DNA of 64,000 nucleotides, from IMG/VR virus record IMGVR_UViG_3300033122_000343, one strand, 5' to 3'. A program made the translations under genes and the position numbers. Below are positions 32,901 through 43,494 of this stretch, piece by piece (position 1 is the stretch's first letter; every line of letters starts with the position of its first letter). A model generated the notes under the pieces. It was not told the DNA's origin. It searched no databases and saw nothing but the letters and a program-made list of their open reading frames with translations. Origin of the DNA: a virus (Duplodnaviria; Caudoviricetes).

Positions 32901-33041
32901 AACCTTTGATGTATCAGAACCATCAAATGTTTGCTTAAATATTTCATCTCCAAAATGTTTTATATCAAACCTACGTCTAAAACTTTTCGCAGGTTCATTA
33001 AACTGTTTATTGATTGATCCTAATGTAAAATTAAAAGACAT
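29925..33041 (-). CDS. gp7-like baseplate wedge protein, C-terminal part or paralogous structural protein
   Basis: HFFRTGE, DDFSNEFDG..FTL, IFINDVLQQPG, GSFSWAK..GLSTAP C-terminus; TAATG coupling to the upstream ORF; directly before g8. Confidence 0.75.
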   Translation of the reverse strand: MSFNFTLGSINKQFNEPAKSFRRRFDIKHFGDEIFKQTFDGSDTSKVGLTANTITLSNHFFRTGEQLDYFTFGEAIGIDHNSSGVGGATTLPRSVYAVKVSENKISLAANFQNAKDGIVIGLTTVGIGVTHTLTARKTNTKAIIAIDNIIQSPIVERVGAATTVVRVLNNVVRFHDIGGFNANDIIKINDEILKIQVIGYNGVTNDALVDREWMGTNKENHGAGDTIQLMVGDYNIIGDQLNFKESPFGGQKITVGVQSGAVNVSTNSFSTPTDKFETGTEIRFKSLNPPTPLDSNRNYFLIKNGTNNFSFAENKTDSLVGVAITLTSSGIGTHKLLFVDTSGSSFQGRVFTRSDYTGNILIDDLSQNFTGIAKTFTIKSSGVNTTGITSDFGVILINNIFQKPETDYKFIGGTSTGITSISFTGNNSDVIDIKDVNANKLPRKGLIVSLGNSEGFGYQKRETGVGTAIVSGFGTITVAMGFSGGGYTNPNTTYRLNIEKGSSTTGAAGTFTVANGFIQNIFINTPGVGYTFTDPPQVIFDDPVPYDDKILLSSSTGVGASVSVEIGFGLSITSYNLTNIGYGFTVGEELVLTGIPTVTSIGSSFKNAIFTVEKTADDTFNGWVLGKFQVLDDFSNEFDGRKKIFTLTENRIPVSIEHKTGSLISVKDVLLIFINDVLQQPGKSYVFDGGTRIEFTEAPVFGSSLQVLFYRGTDDDVSTTTALQTIKKGDAITIEKNRKQIIPTNQEARVVLGIQRRDTLRTTLYTKKGISAQTSPLRPVTWTKQQEDKFVEGNKIGKGRDLYASRIQPATQLIKSIGVGDVSFYARGSSLGFTKVDEDQSFGIRIVDDQKNNSGYGTTTTTNPVQIIDSVSVEGDEGTIIGIGTTAKGFQFNFYIPSNSVLRENSFGGVTKSGISTGDYFLVSRSNIGGGVTSMINTGVSTLGFTSTNLDTLYQVRHHDNVGSGQSVRVFVEVQSPHNLNTAGLGSGFNDNYGSFSWAKFTGGASGLAFTAHTFNGLVGLSTAPTIQRVEKLLLDYT

Positions 33042-36000
33042 TATGGTAGTGTAAAGGTTGTGTTATCGGCAACCGAATCTGGTTTATCAATTCTTATTTC
33101 TGAAACTCTGCAAATATAATTTTGTCCTGACTCTGGCAAGAACTTAATTACAGAATTTGGTGCAGAAACATCTATAACAGTATTTACAATGTCTCTTCTT
33201 GATGTGGTTGCAGTAGAGACATTTCCATACTTGTTATAATTAGCAGTTGCCTCATACGAATTGTTTGCCATGTGGAAGAATGAGACCTGATTTTTTGTTG
33301 TGTTTTCTATCTGAACAAGATATTTTGTTGAATGGAAGTTTGTATATGGAACTGTTGAAATAACCGTCTGAGTAGGTGATGAAGATGCAGATATTTCAGT
33401 TCTTTGTCCATCAAGTTGCGTATCACCTATTTCAAATTTAGTGCCAGGTATTCCAGTTGAAACAGTAGTTGCATTACCCACACTGGTTGTATAACTGGTT
33501 ACGGTGACTCCATATCCTGCTTTCGGAGTAAATTCTAGATTGCAACTATTTGTATTTGTACCAACTCCTAAATTTAAAGTGAGAGTTCCAAGACCGACAT
33601 TAGATTCTGATGATGAATATTTTATAAAGGAAACTGTTGTACCAATACCGACCCAAGAAAATTCTGCTAAATTTTTATCACCTGTAGTTGCACCCACGGC
33701 AACAAGCATTACACCACTTTTATATTCATTAAATGGAAATGATTGAATAACAGATGTTGTAGTGACACCTGACGCTTCAATATATGTTGCAAAACCAACT
33801 TTTTTGATATTTCCATATGAAGTTGTACCAACTCCCACTCCAGTAGATAAAGATTCTTTAAAAAATGTTATATCATATGTGAACGCAGTATTAAACGGTG
33901 TGAATAATACAGATATTTCATCATTAGTACTGCTATATTCTGCACTAAATTCTCCTAAATCAAATTTGTCAGATAAGTCTGAATATTGACTTGTAAACAC
34001 TTTTATATTTGTACCAATACCTGAATGAGAAACTATAAATTCTGTATATTGTGTTTCGTTAAAAGATACGCCAGAATCAACATCAAGAACAATTTGAGCA
34101 TAATACTTAGTTGCAACAATCCCTTCTCCTGAACCTCCACCATCAGCACCACCTGCAAACGGACCAAAAGAATCTAATTCTATAATTCTTATTAGATCAG
34201 GATCTGAGAAAAATTGTGGTGATATATCATCTATTTCAAGCACTCTATTTGATTTACATAATAATGATGATCCAAACCTTGTAGAGTTAAATACAACTTC
34301 ATTAGATTTTTCTTCTTCACTATCAGTAATCTCACGAACTAAATCAAAATCATGTTTTTCATAAATTTTTCCAAGTGATTCCAATATAATTTCATTTTTT
34401 TGAATAGATGATCCACTTGTTGTTGCACTCCCGACAAGAGGTTTTGAATTTATTTCAAGATCTGAATGTTTTTTATAACCTGATATATGTGCTAATGAAT
34501 CAACTGGTTCTGACCAACTACTAATACCTACTTTACTTTTCAATGAATAAGCAAAATTTTGATAATAATCACTATCTTGTATTCTTTGGTAAGACTCACT
34601 TGGTTTGCCTGAATCTGATTCCCATGAATATGGTTTTTTGACTGATGTAACTATATCAAATTCACCAAAATATTCTTCCATGAATACAATTACACCAGAA
34701 GATCCAGAACTACTTCCTGTTATCAAATCCCCAACATTAAATCCATTCAAACTATCTAATCGAAGAGTATCAGTTAATTTTTCTTTTGCTCCTGAAACAT
34801 TTGTAACTGCATTCAAACTTCTTACTTCCTCTCCAGCAAAAAATTTACTTTCTTCAAGTTCAATATCTAATGACGCTAAAATATTTTTATTTACAACAGA
34901 ACCAAATAATTGACCATCATGTGTACCAGGATTTTCATTTAAAACATATTTGATTGTTGCCTGATCTTCATTACTAAAATTTGCATTAGCTTCAGTAACA
35001 GTGAAAAATTCATATCCATAATCAGATGAATTATAACCATTTCCTGTTGATACACCAATGTTCTCTACAAATATTTTGTCTCCTACAGAAAAAGGTAATG
35101 GTAAACTTGTAGTAAAACCTCCTGTTGGGGTTTTTAATCTTAATGTAACATTTGGATTAGAGTAAGTTGCACTTATAATTCCAACACCATTAGAATTATT
35201 AAGTAATACTATTCTATTATCTGTTGCCCTAAAATTAGATCCAGAGGACACAACTGTGACATCACTAACAGCACTTGATGAAAGATTTGCCTGAAGTGAA
35301 ACATCTTTGACAAGATTTAATTTATCATCATAAACAATAAGATCAGGTGGAGTAAGATAATTTCTACCTGTAGATCTGACACCAACTGATTTTATTTGAA
35401 AATTATCTTTAAGTACTACTAAATTTGGAACTGATGCTATTGGTTTTAAAGTTCTATCGGACGGATAATCATAACCAAAATCAACTATTTTTACTTCTTC
35501 TAGAGCACCTATTTCATTTGATAACGATATTAAAACCGCACCATTGCCTGTTGTAGATGCAACAGAAATTTTTGGTTCTAATTTATATAAAGAACCCTTA
35601 GTTGTGATCTCTATATCATCTATTGGTCCTAAAACGCTACTTGAACTCGTAGTGTACTTAATTTGTGATTCACTGGTGTATCCAACTCTTTCTGGTGTAT
35701 TTCCTAAGAAAAAATTAAATGTTTTATCAGTAGTAGAAGTTATAGAGTGACTTCCAGAGAATTTACTATTATCAATTATAATTTTATTGTTATCTTGTAT
35801 ATTTTCATTTATTTCAATTCTTTTTAATTGAGGTTGTAAAGATAAAATTTTATAGTATAATATTTTTGGTAAATTTTCTGTTATACTTAAAGTAGTTTTG
35901 GATGATGTAATGCCAGGAGATAATTCTTTTGTAACCTCTATTGTCGATACTCCCGATCCAACAAATTTTCTTGTAAATTGAGGATCTTCATAAAAATCTA

Positions 36001-39000
36001 GTCTGGTATTTAATAATGAAAAGTGAGATGTATCAAATATTAATTTATCTCCAAAAGTAGCATGAATAGGTGGATTTACGGAACTTCCTACTGAGATATA
36101 TCTTGTACCAGAATTCCAAGTTACTTCGACAGTGCTGCTTGCAGATGACACAACATCAAAATGCACATCATCAAGAGGTTTTAAACCATGAGTTGAAGCA
36201 GTAGAAACAGTTACTTCAAAGGTTGTTACATCACCTGTTAGTACATTTCTTACAGTTGAAAATTTTTGAGAATTACCTAATCCTATATTTGTTGTATCTT
36301 GATAAACAAGAGGTGAAAATTTCAATTTATCAAATTCATTATCTATTTTTGATCTTTCTGTAACTAATCCAATAATATCTTTACTAATAACTTGTACAAA
36401 TAATCCTTTTCTAGGTAATAATTTATCAAATTGTATGGCTTCGTTTACTGCTCCAAAATGTGCAATTCTTAAATTTTGATCAACTGTTTGTGGATCATAA
36501 ACTATTTCTTCACCATGTAGAAATGGATGATCTTTTAATAAAATTCCACCAACTGGTATATTGATACTTTGGATTGAATTTCCAGCACCAACAAACGTCA
36601 CAGTTGATCCGATTCCAGTTTGATTATTTTGAATCGAAGTTGTTCCAAAACCTACTGAATTTGTAGGATCGAAAAATACAGATTCATTAAGTGTCGTAGT
36701 TGCACTTATTGGTCTGTCTAAATTAAAAGAAAAACTATTTTTTAATTTTATTATTGGTGAACCAAAAGTATGTGCAGCACCTGCAGTCCCGTTTTCTCCC
36801 TTTGTAAATGTAATTTTTTGATTTAAAAAATCTAATTTTATAACTTTTAAAACTTCATTATCAATTTGAACTAATTCATCTACATTTAATACATCTATAT
36901 TATTTGATATTGTAACTGTAGTTGTAAGACCTACTGTATCGGTAATTGGAGTAGTTAAAAAATAACGTTCAATAGGGACATCTATGTTAAATCCCCCTTC
37001 TAACTCAGAAAAAGCACTATCTGATATATTAGATATTACTGCAGGAGTTTGATCCTTAAAACTATTAATTCCTATAGTTGAGATACCAACTACTCTTCTA
37101 GAATCTACAACAAAGTTTACATTAGGTATTGTTGTTGAAGTTGTAACAATATTTGTAGCAGCAACACCAATAACTTCTTTTACTTTTCCAGATGCACCAA
37201 AACCTCCTGTTTTTGAATTATCAAAAATTAATCTATCACCTGATTTATAATTTGATCCCGAATTTACTATAATTATTCCATCCTGCTCTACTGATCCTCT
37301 TTTGACACTTTCTATATTTGCTTGATTTACTACATATCTAAATGAATTGGAAATAAACTCATAATCCCTTATGTTATAATATGCAGTATTTCTTATTGAC
37401 CCAAATTTATTAATATCAATAGTTTGATCTGAGTTAAATATAAAATTAAATGGATCTGGTCTTGAATTATATGTTGAACCTATTATGTAAGGAAATAAAG
37501 GATCTCTGTAATCTTTAAATGGACTACTAAGTGATTTATTGATAACGTCCGATAGAGTAGTGTAGTATGCATAAACACCATTAGGAAATTCTGGAGTTAC
37601 TGCAAACCTTCCATTATGCTCATCTAAATCTCCTATACCTTCAATGTATGTAAAATCCTCTACAAAAAAACCAGGTTCAAATTCAGATATTGTAGGACCT
37701 CCAATTCTTTGACCAGATAATTTTACATAACTTGGTCTTAAATATTTTAAATTACCTACCCCATCAGTCCTTTCAAATGCATAAGGTCCATATATTGGAT
37801 GTCCATCATATGCATAACCCACTATCCCTGAGTGAAAACTATTAGTTGCACTAGGTTTCACATAATCAAATAATTTTCTTGATAAGTAATAATTTACATA
37901 AGGATATCCATAATCACTGTTTTTAAAAGACTCATAAAAACCGTCATCATCTTTTACATCACCTAAATTTGCATATCTTTGTACTTTGTTTATTGTCCAT
38001 TTTTTCAAATTTGCTCGTAATATTGCTCCAGAACCAGTTGTTCTTATTTTTATTTTTGTTTTGCTAATTGAGTATCCTATACCTTGAGTAATTACTGTGA
38101 CTGAAACAACTTTACCATTAGATATATTTGCCAGTAATTTTGCTGATGAACCATCACCTTCAACTATTAAGTCTACTGGATTAAAATAATTAAATCCACC
38201 AAATTTAACAATAACCGAGTCAATTTTACCATTTATTATTACAGGTTCAAATTGTGCCTCTGAACCAGTTATTTCAACTACATTTGGTCTAAAATTATCA
38301 TTAATTATTTTTGATCCATAATTATCACCAGATTCCTTTACAAACACTCCATCAATTACTCCCCTTGCAATAAGTTTTGCTGTAGCAGGGGATGTTGTTA
38401 TACCCTGTGATCCACTGATAGAGATTTCTAATGGTTTATAGTTAAATGAGTGTATTCCACTCCCTAATGATGTTAATCCTACATAATCAGATCTATCTGT
38501 TGATATTGAAACTCTAAATTTATTTTCATTAATTTTGATGCAATAATAATCAGTTCCAACACCAACTCCTCCTACGCTAAGTCCAGTAGTGTTGTAATTT
38601 AGTATGTCTCCGTTTTCATATCTGTGATTTGGAATTATAAACTCATCTCTAAACGTATTAACTCCAACATTACCACCTTGATTATTAAAAAAGGTCTCTC
38701 TATTGTATAAATCAGTTGAACTTATAAGATTTACACTATCAACTACATTTCTAAAATTTTTACTTGTAAAACTTTGAACCCCTCCACCATTCGTAGATAT
38801 TCCAATTGTCCCAATACCTAAAACTGCTTCAGATTTTAATCTTGCAAGAGATATAGTAAATGGATCCTTTACTATTGCAAAATAAGGAGAATTATTTTTT
38901 AAAAATAAATCATTAGAATTTTCAGAGGTATTAATTCCTATTTCAGTTGTTCCACCAGAATTGTATGTGATTTCTTCAGTATTTTTTAAACGATGAGGTT

Positions 39001-41371
39001 GTTTAAATGTAAATTCACTTGATGCTACACTTACTACACCACCAGATGTAGCAGCATCAAATGTTACAACTTCTTGCTTTTGTCTTAATTGTGCTCGTGC
39101 AAATGCTTTTCCATTACCTCCAGTTATGACAACATCAGGGACATCAATGTAATCACTGCCATTATCAGTTACAAGAATTTCTGTAATTTTTCCTTTTATT
39201 TGTGCTACAACAGATGCTCCTGCCCCCACATGTCCAGACTGTTGTATTGATAATCTAGGTGGATTTATCAAGTCATAATCTGAACCAGTATTTAAAACTT
39301 CTACATTTTCTAAACTGCCATAGTATATAACATCACTTGATTTATATGAAAATGCTTCAACACCATTAACAAACATACCCACTCCACCAGGCAATGTTTC
39401 AGTTTTTATATTGCTATAACTTGGTATTGAAAATTTTCTTAGTAATCTTTGAGGTCCTATAGATCCAAAACCATTATCATAAGGAAGTAATGTATGTAAC
39501 CTATTATTTAAAACATCATCATTATTAAAAATTGTTATATATTCTCCTCTTCTTACATTCTCTAATGAAAATGATAAATTAATTAAATTATTATCTACCT
39601 TATTAATATAATAAGATTGATTTGTAGTTAATCCTGATACTCCACCATTTTCATTAGGTATATAAATGACATGATCACCACTATTATAATTATGATTTGG
39701 TATGAATAATTTATCATAAAATGATGAACTTACACCAATACTGTTAAATACTTTTTCTCTTTTTTGTGGATTTATTTCCCAGTGTGGTAAAGAGTTTGAA
39801 GCAACATACAGATCATCACCTGCCGAATATGTATTCTGAACATCAGCAGTAAAACCTAATTTAGTTTTTAATTTTCTTCTTATATAATAAGCAACATTAG
39901 GTAAAAGTTGAGGTACATTAAGTACAATAGTTTTGTATGCTATGTTAGCATTTATAATCGTACCAGTTTGAGTGTTATTACCATCAACAACTTCTACCTC
40001 ATCTTCCTGAAAATATCCTGCTTCTTGTTGTAAAACTACTCTAAAAATATTAGGTGCTAATGTTGTAAAAGACTCAATTGGATTTTTAGATGCAATGTTA
40101 TGAATCCACGAACTAAATTTAACATCTTTTTTATTTGAACCTAATCTATTAACATTAATAAAAACATCACTTTCTTGACTAAAACCTTCCCCTTTGAAAT
40201 TATCTATAGCACCAACTATATAAAATCTAACTGGTAAAGACAAATCACCATTTTCATAAGATATTGCTTCATCTCCAGAAATAATAGTAGTTCCATATCC
40301 TAACGATGTTGTTAAACCAGTTACATTTAAAAATTCTGTATAAGTTTTACCAGTATAATTTAACGATATTCCGTTTGTAAAAAAAGAACCAGAATTAGCA
40401 AAACCTACTGTCGAATCAACTTGAATTATTGACACACCTACTCCAACGGGTAATGTGTTGAATGTTTTATTTGATTGCTTAAATGAACCTACTATTGTAT
40501 CAGATGATAATCTAATTTTGTAATAAGTTTTATTTGGTAGAACAATATTTTCAACTTCATAGATAGAACCACTTGCGTCTTTTTGTGTAATTGATTGTGA
40601 CTTAATTTTTTTAGGATCTCCAAATATCAATTCACCTATCAAAATATCATTAACTAGATAATCAGCAGCAGATGGTTTAAAAAGATATTCTTGTGGTTTT
40701 ACAACAGAAACATCTTCTTCATATAGAACATTGAATAATATTTGGAATGCCTCTTGTGTTCCTTTTGATTTGTAAAAATCTTTTGCTTGTCTTATGAAAT
40801 TAGACTGACTTAATTTACCTGTTAAATATCTCTCTTCAAAACCAGGTAAGATAAGTCCTTTTAATTTTTTTAAAAAAGTATTCAGAAATGTATTACTTAA
40901 ATTTTTAACTCTTGATCTATCGGCATGAGTACCAACTCCAGATTTTGTAAAGGTAAGATACTCAGGAGCATTTGTTTTTTGATTATTTTCAATACCACTA
41001 AAACCACGAGTACAACCTATAAATGAAGTAGAACCAATTCCTGTATATGTTATTATCTCATCATCAATTTTTAGTAATCCATATTGAGATGGCCATCCAT
41101 CCGTTGAGTCAACATAAATAGTAGTTTGACCACCATTTGTATATGATGATAATGATGTAAATCCAATTAAATTTTTATTATTGAGATAATTTAAACTTTT
41201 ATAATCAACGAGATTATCAGCGATATCTGTTGATCCACCTTGAAATTCTTGAGAAATATAATATTGTTTTAAAAAATCTCCAAACAAAGGATTATCAGCG
41301 TCAATATACTCAGGTATTTGACTCTGAACTATTTCATGTATTTTTACTTTTGATAATGATGTATCAATCAT
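33041..41371 (-). CDS. g7: Baseplate wedge initiator gp7-like protein, 2776 aa, with YHYH-like domain
   Basis: FLKQYYISQEFQGG, FYKSKGT, GYAYDGHPIYGPY, DLDEHNGRF, QDSDYYQNFAYSLKS; between g6 and g8. Confidence 0.82.
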   Translation of the reverse strand: MIDTSLSKVKIHEIVQSQIPEYIDADNPLFGDFLKQYYISQEFQGGSTDIADNLVDYKSLNYLNNKNLIGFTSLSSYTNGGQTTIYVDSTDGWPSQYGLLKIDDEIITYTGIGSTSFIGCTRGFSGIENNQKTNAPEYLTFTKSGVGTHADRSRVKNLSNTFLNTFLKKLKGLILPGFEERYLTGKLSQSNFIRQAKDFYKSKGTQEAFQILFNVLYEEDVSVVKPQEYLFKPSAADYLVNDILIGELIFGDPKKIKSQSITQKDASGSIYEVENIVLPNKTYYKIRLSSDTIVGSFKQSNKTFNTLPVGVGVSIIQVDSTVGFANSGSFFTNGISLNYTGKTYTEFLNVTGLTTSLGYGTTIISGDEAISYENGDLSLPVRFYIVGAIDNFKGEGFSQESDVFINVNRLGSNKKDVKFSSWIHNIASKNPIESFTTLAPNIFRVVLQQEAGYFQEDEVEVVDGNNTQTGTIINANIAYKTIVLNVPQLLPNVAYYIRRKLKTKLGFTADVQNTYSAGDDLYVASNSLPHWEINPQKREKVFNSIGVSSSFYDKLFIPNHNYNSGDHVIYIPNENGGVSGLTTNQSYYINKVDNNLINLSFSLENVRRGEYITIFNNDDVLNNRLHTLLPYDNGFGSIGPQRLLRKFSIPSYSNIKTETLPGGVGMFVNGVEAFSYKSSDVIYYGSLENVEVLNTGSDYDLINPPRLSIQQSGHVGAGASVVAQIKGKITEILVTDNGSDYIDVPDVVITGGNGKAFARAQLRQKQEVVTFDAATSGGVVSVASSEFTFKQPHRLKNTEEITYNSGGTTEIGINTSENSNDLFLKNNSPYFAIVKDPFTISLARLKSEAVLGIGTIGISTNGGGVQSFTSKNFRNVVDSVNLISSTDLYNRETFFNNQGGNVGVNTFRDEFIIPNHRYENGDILNYNTTGLSVGGVGVGTDYYCIKINENKFRVSISTDRSDYVGLTSLGSGIHSFNYKPLEISISGSQGITTSPATAKLIARGVIDGVFVKESGDNYGSKIINDNFRPNVVEITGSEAQFEPVIINGKIDSVIVKFGGFNYFNPVDLIVEGDGSSAKLLANISNGKVVSVTVITQGIGYSISKTKIKIRTTGSGAILRANLKKWTINKVQRYANLGDVKDDDGFYESFKNSDYGYPYVNYYLSRKLFDYVKPSATNSFHSGIVGYAYDGHPIYGPYAFERTDGVGNLKYLRPSYVKLSGQRIGGPTISEFEPGFFVEDFTYIEGIGDLDEHNGRFAVTPEFPNGVYAYYTTLSDVINKSLSSPFKDYRDPLFPYIIGSTYNSRPDPFNFIFNSDQTIDINKFGSIRNTAYYNIRDYEFISNSFRYVVNQANIESVKRGSVEQDGIIIVNSGSNYKSGDRLIFDNSKTGGFGASGKVKEVIGVAATNIVTTSTTIPNVNFVVDSRRVVGISTIGINSFKDQTPAVISNISDSAFSELEGGFNIDVPIERYFLTTPITDTVGLTTTVTISNNIDVLNVDELVQIDNEVLKVIKLDFLNQKITFTKGENGTAGAAHTFGSPIIKLKNSFSFNLDRPISATTTLNESVFFDPTNSVGFGTTSIQNNQTGIGSTVTFVGAGNSIQSINIPVGGILLKDHPFLHGEEIVYDPQTVDQNLRIAHFGAVNEAIQFDKLLPRKGLFVQVISKDIIGLVTERSKIDNEFDKLKFSPLVYQDTTNIGLGNSQKFSTVRNVLTGDVTTFEVTVSTASTHGLKPLDDVHFDVVSSASSTVEVTWNSGTRYISVGSSVNPPIHATFGDKLIFDTSHFSLLNTRLDFYEDPQFTRKFVGSGVSTIEVTKELSPGITSSKTTLSITENLPKILYYKILSLQPQLKRIEINENIQDNNKIIIDNSKFSGSHSITSTTDKTFNFFLGNTPERVGYTSESQIKYTTSSSSVLGPIDDIEITTKGSLYKLEPKISVASTTGNGAVLISLSNEIGALEEVKIVDFGYDYPSDRTLKPIASVPNLVVLKDNFQIKSVGVRSTGRNYLTPPDLIVYDDKLNLVKDVSLQANLSSSAVSDVTVVSSGSNFRATDNRIVLLNNSNGVGIISATYSNPNVTLRLKTPTGGFTTSLPLPFSVGDKIFVENIGVSTGNGYNSSDYGYEFFTVTEANANFSNEDQATIKYVLNENPGTHDGQLFGSVVNKNILASLDIELEESKFFAGEEVRSLNAVTNVSGAKEKLTDTLRLDSLNGFNVGDLITGSSSGSSGVIVFMEEYFGEFDIVTSVKKPYSWESDSGKPSESYQRIQDSDYYQNFAYSLKSKVGISSWSEPVDSLAHISGYKKHSDLEINSKPLVGSATTSGSSIQKNEIILESLGKIYEKHDFDLVREITDSEEEKSNEVVFNSTRFGSSLLCKSNRVLEIDDISPQFFSDPDLIRIIELDSFGPFAGGADGGGSGEGIVATKYYAQIVLDVDSGVSFNETQYTEFIVSHSGIGTNIKVFTSQYSDLSDKFDLGEFSAEYSSTNDEISVLFTPFNTAFTYDITFFKESLSTGVGVGTTSYGNIKKVGFATYIEASGVTTTSVIQSFPFNEYKSGVMLVAVGATTGDKNLAEFSWVGIGTTVSFIKYSSSESNVGLGTLTLNLGVGTNTNSCNLEFTPKAGYGVTVTSYTTSVGNATTVSTGIPGTKFEIGDTQLDGQRTEISASSSPTQTVISTVPYTNFHSTKYLVQIENTTKNQVSFFHMANNSYEATANYNKYGNVSTATTSRRDIVNTVIDVSAPNSVIKFLPESGQNYICRVSEIRIDKPDSVADNTTFTLP

Positions 41372-43494
41372 TAATATCCGCTACTACTTGAATATGATGA
41401 TGTTGATGATGTTGATGATGTTGAAGTTGACGGTGTTGTTGATGTCGTTGATGTTGTTGATGTTGTCGGGGATGATGATATTGGTTGACTGCTTTCAGAA
41501 TGTTCTGCACCTGTCATTAAAGTACCATCTGCCATAGTGTGATATTCGCCATAATAAGGAACACCATTGACATATCCAACTAAAAGTGATTCGCCTGTGC
41601 TAGTTATAAGAGCACCACGAACTTTTGCTCCATTTGAATAACTAGATTTTGGATTAAATCTAGTACCAGAAACATTTGCACCTGAAGATATTGAATCTTC
41701 TAATGTACTAAATGTGCTATTACCAACGTCTAATTGAAGATATAATTCTTTTCTTGCAAGAACATCATTTGATAAAGGTATTGCCTCAATCTCAATTACA
41801 TTATCTGCTTGAACGGTAGAAGTAATATTGACAGTGTTAATAATAATTTCGCCCTTTTCATAATCAACTGTTCCAAATTTAGTGGAAATAATCTTAATTG
41901 ATTCTGTATTAGTTTGTTGAAAAAGAAAAAGATTTCCAATTTTAGATCCAGAAACAACTTGATCAGCCATATAAACGGTGCCAACAACCCCAGAAACAGA
42001 AAATCCAGTACTCTTGATGTTATAAGAGGGATTACTGTAATAAAATTCGTTATCGTAGCAAAGTTCATATTGGGAAAAGACGTTAACGTTTGCAATTAAA
42101 TTTCTTCTAATTTTTACTGTTGTTATATTTGATGTTATTGCCGTATTTACTCCATCAATTAATGAAATTACCTTTGAATATTTAAATCTACCGCCAAATT
42201 TATTCAATTCTTGACTTTTTGAGTATTGTGTGACGGCATTTACTATGTCACTCTTTAAATTTTCAATATCACCAACAAAATTTGTGTTGTAATAGACAAA
42301 ACTGTCTAATTCAACGAACAAATACTTCAAATTTACAAATTCTGGCACTATTCCAGCAACGGAATAGTTTTTCAAAGACCTTAAAAGTTGTTTTTTTGTT
42401 GAATTTGCTAAAAATAACCCATTTCTTGGTTTTGCTGCGATAAAAACACGTCCAAATTGTGGAGGATTTAACTCTTCCCCACCATATGCACTAACTGATT
42501 CAATGTTTGGGTAAATTGCGGGCAAAATTGCTTCATAATCATTTGCTGTTACTGCTCTATTTTGTGCGGAATAGTTTCTAGGTGCATAATTTTTAATACT
42601 TTCGACAGTTTCAATACTATCTCCATCACTTGCTTTAGTTAAAACTTGGAGATTAGGTGAAAAATCGGTGATGACAGTGTTTTGATCATCTACAATTGTC
42701 CCAGTAAACTCAAAAAATGATGCTCCGTTACCATCTTTACCATTTGTTACTATGTATGAAGATTCAATTATATTTCCAGTACTAAGTTTATTACCGAAAA
42801 TTCCATCACCAAATAAAAGTTCATATTTTTCATCAGTTGTTTCTTGAATTAAGTATATGTTTGATGTGGATTTAATACCTGCTATGTTATTTACAAGGGT
42901 ATATTCAGTTGCTGTTGATGATGCATCTGATTCTTTGATTTTTACTCTCAATGTAGAAGTGTCTACACCATTATTTGGAATGACATATCTTTGATTTGCC
43001 TGAGATTCATCTACAGTCCAAGATTTTTCAAGATACTGACCCTGAAAAATATCAACGGTACCTACACTTTCACCACCAGCAGATGAAAATATTACTTTTT
43101 CTGGTATGGAAAATATAAAATTTGTGTCAGATAGAGGTGAATTAGCAAAAACACCTGGTTGAAAGGTTATTGTAGATGTAGTAGAACTAAAACCACTTAT
43201 ATTACAAAGAACTTTTGCTTTTGCAGCACGTCTTGAACGTGGAACATACCCAATATTTCTTGCTAAAGATACAACATTTTCTCTAAGAGTTGCTGAATCT
43301 ATAAAAGATTCATTTGCAACCATATTTGTATTGTAGGCAGTTATGTAAGAATTATATGCAAGAAGATTTATTATTACTGATAAATTAGAACCTTCAAAAT
43401 CATGACCAGAAAAATCACTACTTTGTCTGATATAATCTTTTATTGAAGTTTTTATATCTTCAAAATTTAAATTTGTAAACTGAGTAAGTGCCAT
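41371..43494 (-). CDS. g6: Baseplate wedge protein gp6 with C-terminal extension
   Basis: LNFEDIK, DFEGSNLS, SATLRENVVSLARNIGY, AQNRAVTANDY. Confidence 0.93.
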   Translation of the reverse strand: MALTQFTNLNFEDIKTSIKDYIRQSSDFSGHDFEGSNLSVIINLLAYNSYITAYNTNMVANESFIDSATLRENVVSLARNIGYVPRSRRAAKAKVLCNISGFSSTTSTITFQPGVFANSPLSDTNFIFSIPEKVIFSSAGGESVGTVDIFQGQYLEKSWTVDESQANQRYVIPNNGVDTSTLRVKIKESDASSTATEYTLVNNIAGIKSTSNIYLIQETTDEKYELLFGDGIFGNKLSTGNIIESSYIVTNGKDGNGASFFEFTGTIVDDQNTVITDFSPNLQVLTKASDGDSIETVESIKNYAPRNYSAQNRAVTANDYEAILPAIYPNIESVSAYGGEELNPPQFGRVFIAAKPRNGLFLANSTKKQLLRSLKNYSVAGIVPEFVNLKYLFVELDSFVYYNTNFVGDIENLKSDIVNAVTQYSKSQELNKFGGRFKYSKVISLIDGVNTAITSNITTVKIRRNLIANVNVFSQYELCYDNEFYYSNPSYNIKSTGFSVSGVVGTVYMADQVVSGSKIGNLFLFQQTNTESIKIISTKFGTVDYEKGEIIINTVNITSTVQADNVIEIEAIPLSNDVLARKELYLQLDVGNSTFSTLEDSISSGANVSGTRFNPKSSYSNGAKVRGALITSTGESLLVGYVNGVPYYGEYHTMADGTLMTGAEHSESSQPISSSPTTSTTSTTSTTPSTSTSSTSSTSSYSSSSGY
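41385..41480 (-). repeat. Ser/Thr low-complexity (ACATCA)n repeat at the gp6 C-terminus
   Basis: gatgatgttgatgatgttgatgatgttg on the + strand. Confidence 0.8.

Noticed and set aside
1781-42099. Numerous plus-strand ORFs (e.g. 15673-16473, 16972-17811, 2578-2967) in the structural block
   Set aside because: Antisense shadows of well-supported minus-strand genes, caused by codon bias; no motifs or RBS.
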